NCBI RefSeq assembly: GCF_009914755.1
Contig: NC_060925.1
Source: the human T2T-CHM13v2.0 reference genome, Homo sapiens
Strand: one strand, 5' to 3'
Length of the DNA stretch: 64,000 nucleotides
The notes under the pieces are model-generated. The model was not told the origin of the DNA, did not search any database, and saw nothing but the letters and a program-made list of their open reading frames with translations. Made by a program: the position numbers and the translations under genes. Shown piece by piece: positions 35,447-64,000 of the stretch (within the stretch, counting starts at the first letter, position 1; every line of letters starts with the position of its first letter).

Positions 35447-36740
35447 TCAATGAATGCCCATATGCTATAATTATTATAGATTATTAACTAATTCTTATCT
35501 AATAATGAAGTGACCATATATGTATCTGAGTCATCTTTCACTTAGGTTCATAATAGAGGCTAATATTAATACAATGGCATACAGAGTTTTTGGATAGATA
35601 TATAAATACTTTCTTAAAGTACTAATGTGTACTTAAGACATGGTCAAAATGGCAAATCACATTCTAAGTTTTAATTATTGTAAGAAATATGGAAAGTAAT
35701 GTGTAAAACTAATTTAAGGAGACTGTATATTTCAGGAAATAATCTTTTAATTTTGATACTATTAAAACAATTAGTGGTACTTGTTAGGGTTTTGTAGAGC
35801 TGTAATCAGTTCCAGATCAGAGGAATTTTAAGTTTTGTTGGATTTAAATCCTTATTTTAACATAAATCAAGGAAGAGCAATGCTTTGAAATCTAGAAGAG
35901 CTTCAGCTCTTGTGTTGGTATGATTAATGTATCCTTAAGAATTATCCTGCTTTGATAATTCCTGTTAGAGTAATAATTCAGCTACCTTATTTTTTAGTTT
36001 TTCTTATATACATTATATATTTTTAATTGTATCATACATTCTTGTAAACTGCCATAAATCCTGAGGAAAAACACTGGAAATAATACACAAATGAAGCCTG
36101 ATTTATTTAAAGACTGGCATTTTCACCTGGAATGATTGTTCACGTTTTTTATTATTGAGGCATCAAAGCCCAGGAAGAAATGTATATGATATAACAGTTT
36201 TCATCATTCTATAGCCATTTTAACTAGCCAAGAGGCTAACTAAAACTTTAGGCATGCTTAGAATTTGTAGTTGATACTAACCAAGTATCATAAATTCTGC
36301 CTTTCTACTTCCAAATGTGTATTTCTACTTCATGTAAAATGCTATATATTTAACCTTAATTTTTGACCAAGAAAAGATGAATTATTTAGAATAGTAAAAT
36401 ATGTCCTGGTCACAAGTCCATTATAATGTAATTTGTCATGTTACTTAGTTGTATAGATTTATGCTCATTTTATTACACAGTCCTATTTACTAGTAATATG
36501 TCCTTTTGAGTTAGAATAATAAAGATTGTATATATGTCTAAGTTTTCATTTGTAGTTTATTTAATGCTTTTGTGTTTTCCTTTTTATTTCTTGAACAAAT
36601 CAGAGACCAGAAATGAGTGGAATGCTATCTTAAGCCAAAAAAAACTATTATAATTTTTATTTAGTACTACTTAAATGAAGAAAGATAAAAAAAGAAACAA
36701 AATTCCAATTGATAATTATCCCATTCAGACATTAGTGAAT

Positions 36741-54146
<17,406 letters not shown>

Positions 54147-54714
54147 GTACTATTTAAAATTTTTTGTTTAAACATGGTATTGCAACATCATAATATTTTT
54201 ACTAAGATTAAACTGAAACTGCAGATTAAAATGTCTAAGTTTTCCAGAAACATACTTCTAATATCAATATAATCAATAGTAGTCCAATTTTTCTGTTTTT
54301 ATAAATAAGGTAACAATATGCCCAAATGAGAAGGGGGAAAAGTTATCCACCAACACCTTTTTGGATTATCTTCTCAAATTTTATTACTAGTTTTAAAGGT
54401 ACATCAAACTATACTTAACTAGCAGCTTTCATAGCTAATTTGTAATTTAATATACTAATACCTGTACTTGATTAACTTGTCTCTTTAGAACAGAATTATA
54501 TAGTGTGTTAAGAAGCAGTATAGTAGTAAATTGTTTATGTTATAGTTACTAGCTGTGTGACCTTGGATATGTTACCCAATTTGAATTGCACTGGTTTAAA
54601 CGAGTTAATGAACACTATTCACATTACCAGTTTATTCTCAAGAAATGATGGAAAGACTAGGAGAATTTTGCACATATTTGCAGGATGAATTTAGGACAGT
54701 CTTAAGAATGATAA

Positions 54715-55170
54715 CAATACTAATTTAAATAATAGCTATCCATGAGTATCAACTACCAGGCATTATTCTAAGTATTTTACACATACTGACTCATTTAATC
54801 CCCATAAAGGAAACTCCATGAGGTAGGTTATGGTTATCATTCCCCTTTTACAGATGAGGAAACTGAGGCACAGAGAGGTTCCATGGCTTTCCCAGGTGAT
54901 ATTATATAGTTAGTAAGTACTAGAGCTGGGCTTAGATCCTAAATAGTGTAGACTGGCTTCAGAGTTCAGTCTTAACCATTTTAATAACTACCTACCTAAA
55001 TAATACTACTAATAACATAGCAAAAACCAGTTAGATAGCATTTACTGAGCCAATCACTATTCTAAATGCTTTATGTATGTTAATTCATTTAATTCAACAA
55101 CTATTTGTGGAGGTACTATTATCTCTATTTTCAGATGAGAAAACGAAAACACAGAAAGTTACATTAATTC
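54715..55170. mobile_element. Two MIR elements
   Basis: TTTTACAGATGAGGAAACTGAGGCACAGAGAGGTT core, and a second degenerate core at about 55125. Confidence 0.8.
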
Positions 55171-55389
55171 TTCCACGGTTATGTCTTTCATACCCATTGG
55201 ACAAAATTCCAACCATAGTTAATAAATCACAAACTTCAAATGAGTCTTTAATTGTGCCAACAAATATACTACATTTTCTTGGTCCATTACTATTCTTCTA
55301 GACAACTCTGTCATACCTTCTCCTCAGACAATCAAGACCTCCTTTCTCTTGCATTCTCAGTGATAATTTTTGTTAAATAGAGGTAATTT

Positions 55390-56180
55390 GAAGAGAACCA
55401 CGAATCTCAAAATTTTATGTACAGAATGAGGTTGTGGTTGTGGTTCAGTTGAGATCCTCAGATACCCACCTCCTACACCATTTGTTAAGACTTTATTTTT
55501 CCTATTGCATTATTCAAAACTCAGTTGACTCTATAAGATCTAGGACAACTTCTAGCTTCCCTTTCTGCTCAATGATTTTTTTTAATCCTTACGCCAATAC
55601 CACATTATCTTCATTACTGAGGCTTTATAAGTAGTTATTGTTATCAGATAGCGTAAGATTTCCAAGTCAATTTTTTTTCAAGATCATTTTGGTGATTCTA
55701 GATTCTTTGTGTTTTCATATACGTTTTAGAATCAGCTTGTCAATTTCTTACCAAAAGACTACTGGAATTTTGAGTGAAATCACCGTGAATCTGTCAATCA
55801 ATTTGGGAGGAAAACTTATATCCTAACTATACTTAATCTTCTAATCTGTGAACACAATATATTTCTCTATTTATGTCACTAGTTTCTTTCAGCAGTGTCT
55901 GTGGTTTTAGTGTATTGCTCTTATATCTTAATATTACATTTATTTTTAGATATTTGGTATTTTTGAAGCTTCTATAGAATGGTATTTTAAAATTTTTATT
56001 TTCTAATTGTTGCTAGTTTATAGAAATGTAATTGATTTTTATACATTGAACTCATCTATTGAGATTTTGCTAAATTCAATTAGTTCTATCAGGTTTTTTT
56101 TTTGTAGATTCTTTAGGACTTTCTACGTACATATTCATGTCATCTGTGAATAACAATAGTTTTACTCTTTCTTTCTATTT
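55390..56180 (-). mobile_element. Old L1M ORF2 fragment
   Basis: TTTTAGAATCAGCTTGTCAATTTCT...GAATCTGTCAATCAATTTGGGAG. Confidence 0.7.
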
Positions 56181-56764
56181 TTGTTATGAATTAAGTGTTT
56201 TTTCCTCCAGCTTCCTGAGTGTGAGAAGTTGTAATGGCAATAATAATGATGGCTTCTTGCTTTCAGCGTAGTTCTGGTGATGGCCTCAACAATGGTAATT
56301 TCACTAATGGAAACATCATTTTAGGAGACCAGACCTAGAACCTGCTCCTCCAGTCTTTCTGATACACTTAATTTCCTTTATTACATTTCTTCCTGCTTAA
56401 ACCTGCACTGAACTGATTCAGTATTTGGTACAGAAAGTGTGACATGGGCCAAAAACTTTTACAAATGAGAATCTCAGACTGGTTATTGCAAAAGAACTGC
56501 AATATTTTGTTAATTCATGCTAGTAGAAACTTAGAAAAATATTATTGGAAATAGATTCAGAGCAGGAATGAAAGAATATAACTTTAAATTGGCTCAAGTT
56601 TAATAATATGGATACACTTATCAGAGATTCTGGATTTAATGTGCTAGCTCCAGCAACTGTGAGTGGTAAAAAACATTTTGCTAAATTGAGTGAGGCTGAC
56701 AGAAACCTGGACAATATGGTGGTTCATACTGAGTAAATTTAGAATGCCAAGAATTTCTTGTTAA

Positions 56765-57123
<359 letters not shown>

Positions 57124-57243
57124 CACTTAATTCTTTAACCAGACATTGGGGAAATATATTGGAAAGGCAACCCCAGAATTCTTTTAAAAAACCTTATAGT
57201 GGCTGTTTTGTGTCACATGGAATGAAGATAGGACTATACTTGA

Positions 57244-57556
<313 letters not shown>

Positions 57557-59171
57557 TACTTGATTTCTTTAGAGATGACAGTATCCCCGAAGAAGCCAAT
57601 TTACAGCATTTTACTATATAAGAGAAAACAGTACCAGAGTGATCATAAGGATGTATGATTAAGAAATCCTTGACAATAGTTAATTGCCAAGGTGTCCCTA
57701 AGACTAATCATGATGTTCCTGAGACTGAAGTGGATAAGCTATTGGATAAGCTTTGGATAGCTTACTGAAGCTACCAGTAAGCTATTGGTCTGTAAAACCA
57801 AAAATTATTTTTAGTCTTCACAAATAGACGTCTACCTTGAATAACCACATGAAGATTCACATCCCCTTATTAAATTACGAGACCTTAGCCAGTTTACATA
57901 CCCAGAACTTATTGAGTGAAGGGGAGGCCAGGTATCCTTGAGGAAAAACCCTGTCACTCAGCCACAAATATGGACTAAATTTCCTTACCTTCCTAAATTT
58001 CCTTTACCTTCCTTAAGGGGATGAGAGGTTGTTTACCCAGATGACTACAATGGAGAAAGGGAGGTACCCATACTTTTCAGGATTCATGGCAATGGCTTTG
58101 ATGTGATTCTGATCGTTGGGGACCTGAATAACTCTGTGTTCCACCAATAGGGTGGAGGTTTAGAGGGGTCAGATAATAAGTGAAGTTTTAGCTAAATCAG
58201 TCTTCTGGTGTGCTGAATGGCTTTGCAAATTCTCCCTGTAGCCATTCCCTTAATTCATGAATGTATACTTTGAAGGACTTACTCAGCAAATGGCAGAATC
58301 CTCATACTGCCTCCCTGATGCTTGCAGCATGGGCAATAAGGAATGTTATAGTAGAGAGGGCCAAGTGAAATATGATGGAATGGCCTATTCATTACCAAAA
58401 TAGTAAACCAAAGCATTACCAACCTCCTGGACAAATTGTGGGTTTTGTGCCATGATCAAAACTTGAAAATGGCAGAAAAGGTTATTCCTGTCATAGCCAC
58501 ATTCAACTCACCTAGTTGGTCTGTGGAGAAGATTAATGGGCCTTAGTGTCAAGTGGTGACAATTGTAGCTGCTACTCCTTACATCCTCTCTTTATTAGAA
58601 CAAATTATTACAGCCTGATGCTCCTATTATGCCATTCTTAATCTGGAAAATGCTTTTTTCTTCATCCCAATTAGCAGAGAAAACCAAAAGTAGCAAATAG
58701 GAATAGCAGTAGACCTTCACTGTTTTGCCTAAGGGCTGTGTCAATTCTGGCTCCTTGTCGTAATCTAGTTTATAGGCAACTTGACCATATCATGATCCCC
58801 TTGGACCTGATAAACAGGAAATACCAAATAATCTAGATACCTTAGGTAAGACATATGTTTCTTAGGGGGTAGGAGATAAGCTGCAAGAAAATTTAGGAGT
58901 CTATCAATTCAGAGAAATTTCAGGGAGCTCCATGGTCTGCGACATGTTGAGGTATCCCCTTGCCCCAGCTACTATTGAGAATGAAACAAAGCACTTTGTG
59001 GACCTTTTTTGGAATTTGTAGAGAGATTTACTGCATTAGGATGTGCTGCTCTATTTTTTATTTAAACCAACTGAATCAGAAGCCTGCCAACTTTGAGTGG
59101 GACTTAAACAAGAGAAGGCTTGTAAGGTGATCCCAGAGGGATTGCAAGCAATGCTGCCACTTGTGGGGTTA

Positions 59172-59478
59172 TTGGTTTTGGTTTTGGTTTTGCTTTGAGA
59201 CAGGGTCTCATTCTGTTGCCCAGGCTGGAATGCAGTGCAGTGTTCACAGCTCACTGCAGCCTTGACCTCCCAGACTCAATCCATCCTCCCACCTTAGCCT
59301 CCTGAGTAGCTGAGACTACAGACACATGCCACCACACCCAGGTAATTTTTGTATTTTTTTGTAGAGTTGGGGTTTCTCCATGTTGCCCAGGCTGGTCTCC
59401 AACTCCTGGACTCAAGCAATCGGCCCTCCTCAGCCTCCCAAAGTGTTGGGATTATAGGCATGAGCCACTGCACCCAGC
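59172..59478 (-). mobile_element. AluJ-like
   Basis: CTCACTGCAGCCTTGACCTCC diagnostic. Confidence 0.92.
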
Positions 59479-59629
59479 TCACTAGTGTTTTAATGTCTGT
59501 CCAGATTATCCAGTGATGCTTGATGTATAGTAGATTGGAATGCTGAATGGAGTCTGTACAAGCCCTGGTAGGAGAATCACGGCTCTAAGCCCTTGGGTTT
59601 GGGAGCAAAGGCATACCATCTTCAGCAAA

Positions 59630-62262
<2,633 letters not shown>

Positions 62263-62303
62263 TAAATCAGGAGCACCCTCTTCTGCTGCTGTAGTGAAAT
62301 GCA

Positions 62304-62604
62304 GGTTTTTGAGTTTTTTTTGTTTGTTTGTTTTTTTGTTGTTGTTGTTTTATTTTCATTTTTCTTGAGATGGAGTCTCGCTCTCTTGCCCAGGCCTGAC
62401 TGCAATGGCACGATCTCAGCTCCCTGCAACCTCCATCTCCCAGGTTCAAGCAATTCTCCTGCCTCCCGAGTAGCTGGGATTACAGGCGTGCGACACCACA
62501 CCCGACTAAGTTTTGTATTTTTAGTAGAGACGGGGTTTCACCATGTTGGCCGGGCTGGTCTTGAACTCCTGACCTCAGGTGATCCACCCGCCTTGGCCTC
62601 CCAA
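62304..62604 (-). mobile_element. Alu, 5'-truncated
   Basis: Antisense; stops at GCCTCCCAA. Confidence 0.93.
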
Positions 62605-63234
62605 GAAATGCAGTTATTTATGTTTCTTTTTTTAAGTAAATGGGGCCTTTTGGGGAAATGGGTATGTTTTCTTTGGATTCTTTTCCACTAGCTTAGTTCA
62701 GTGGAGCTCTTGCCTTGGCCATTTTCTTCTTTTTTCTTACCAAACTGGCTCCCAAGGACATCTCTCCCTTTCAAAGCATTTTCTTCTCTCCCAGAAGCTA
62801 TGTCTTACCATGATTACTGCCTCTGACTCCCTGTGTTTTTCAAATCCTTTCTTTTGAATTCCTCATAGAATCTACCAGGTTTTTTTTCTTTGCTCTATTT
62901 TTCCACTTCAGGTAGAGCCCTCTCTTTCCAGGCTAACTCGTGATTGGTGTTTGCTATTATTTATGTACAGTGCTGACACATAGTCCATATCTGACTCTCT
63001 GCTCAGATGTGGGCTCCTGACCACACTCTGATCTAGTAGTCTTTATTTCCTCACTTACATGTAAAGGATTCTGTGCCCAAATTATGTTGTAGGCATAAAT
63101 TTGGGTGGTTTTACTTGGCTTCTTTTTATGGTAGTTTGGAAGATTTGTGGAGCAATTCTAATTTAGGTGGCTGCCATTATCCTGTGGGAACTCAACTTTA
63201 TAACATAACAAAATAAATAAGCTAGAAAAATAAT

Positions 63235-63550
63235 ACAGTACTCTGCCCTTTATCTGTCGTTCCAAGACCCCCTGTGGATGCCTGAAAACACAGATAGAAC
63301 TCAACCCTATATATACTATATATACTGTGTTTTTTCCTGTACATATATACCTATGACAAAGTTTAATTTATAAAGTAGGCACAGTAAACAATAACAAAAA
63401 CAATAATAATAAAATAGAACAATTATAACAATATACTATAATAAAAGTTATGTGAATGTGGCCTCTCTCTCTCTAAAAGTATCTTATTGTACTGTACCGT
63501 GGGTAACTGAAAGCACAGAAAGTGAAGCTACAGATAACGGGGACTAACTG
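63235..63550. mobile_element. MER44A-like Tigger MITE
   Basis: TA|CAGTACTC...GTTCCAAGACCCCC...GGGTAACTGAAA...GGGGACTAACTG|TA. Confidence 0.75.
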
Positions 63551-63705
63551 TAAGACAAACAAAATAGAAGTGAGAGCTTGATGAAGATAAAAGTGAAAAC
63601 TAATGAGGTACCGAAGCATAATTGAAAACAATTCAAGATCGATAAAGTGATAGTGGGAGAAACATCAACATGGTAAGGCTTGAGGTAATTCATCAAAAAG
63701 GGTAG

Positions 63706-64000
63706 ATATTAGTCTGTTCTCACACTGCTATAAAAAATACCTGAGACTGGGTAATTTATAAAGAAAAGAGGTTTAATTGGCTCACGGTTCTGCAGGCTGT
63801 ACAGGAAGCATGGCATCATCTGCTTCTGGGGAGGCCTCAGGGAGCTTTCAATCACGGTGGAAGGCAAAGGGGGAGCAAGGCTGGAGCAGGAGGAAGGAGT
63901 GGGGGAGATGCCACACACTTTTTAAATGATCAGATCTCACAAGAACAAACTCACTATCAGGGGAACAGTATCAATGGGGAAATCTGCCCCCATGATACAA
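63706..64000 (-). mobile_element. MaLR LTR (MSTA/MSTB-like), runs off the window
   Basis: TATTAGTCTGTTCTCACACTGCTATAAA...CTGAGACTGGGTAATTTATAAAGAAAAGAGGTTTAATTGGCTCAC. Confidence 0.88.

Overview
Human/primate genomic DNA that I recognise from hand-translated exons as the RPF1-GNG5-SPATA1 locus (chr1p22 from recall). It contains RPF1 (+; coding exons 2-9, exon 1 upstream of the window; Brix-domain ribosome biogenesis factor), the complete GNG5 gene (-; 68-aa G-protein gamma-5 ending in CSFL CaaX) and the 5' part of SPATA1 (+; seven coding exons). GNG5 is tail-to-tail with RPF1 through interlocked poly(A) signals, and head-to-head with SPATA1 in a CpG island. The rest is mostly Alu, L1, L2, MIR, DNA-transposon and ERVL/MaLR sequence, and nearly all ORF-track entries are repeat-derived noise. 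I found no wholly new gene system. The best leads are: a U12 minor-spliceosome intron in RPF1; a quasi-palindromic bidirectional poly(A) site; a spliced 97-aa ORF overlapping GNG5 whose ATG sits inside an NRF1 palindrome; a GNG5 3'UTR exon that mimics the start of coding exon 3; alternative SPATA1 starts and non-canonical splice sites; and several DNA repair or recombination scars. All alignments and repeat subfamily names were done by eye.
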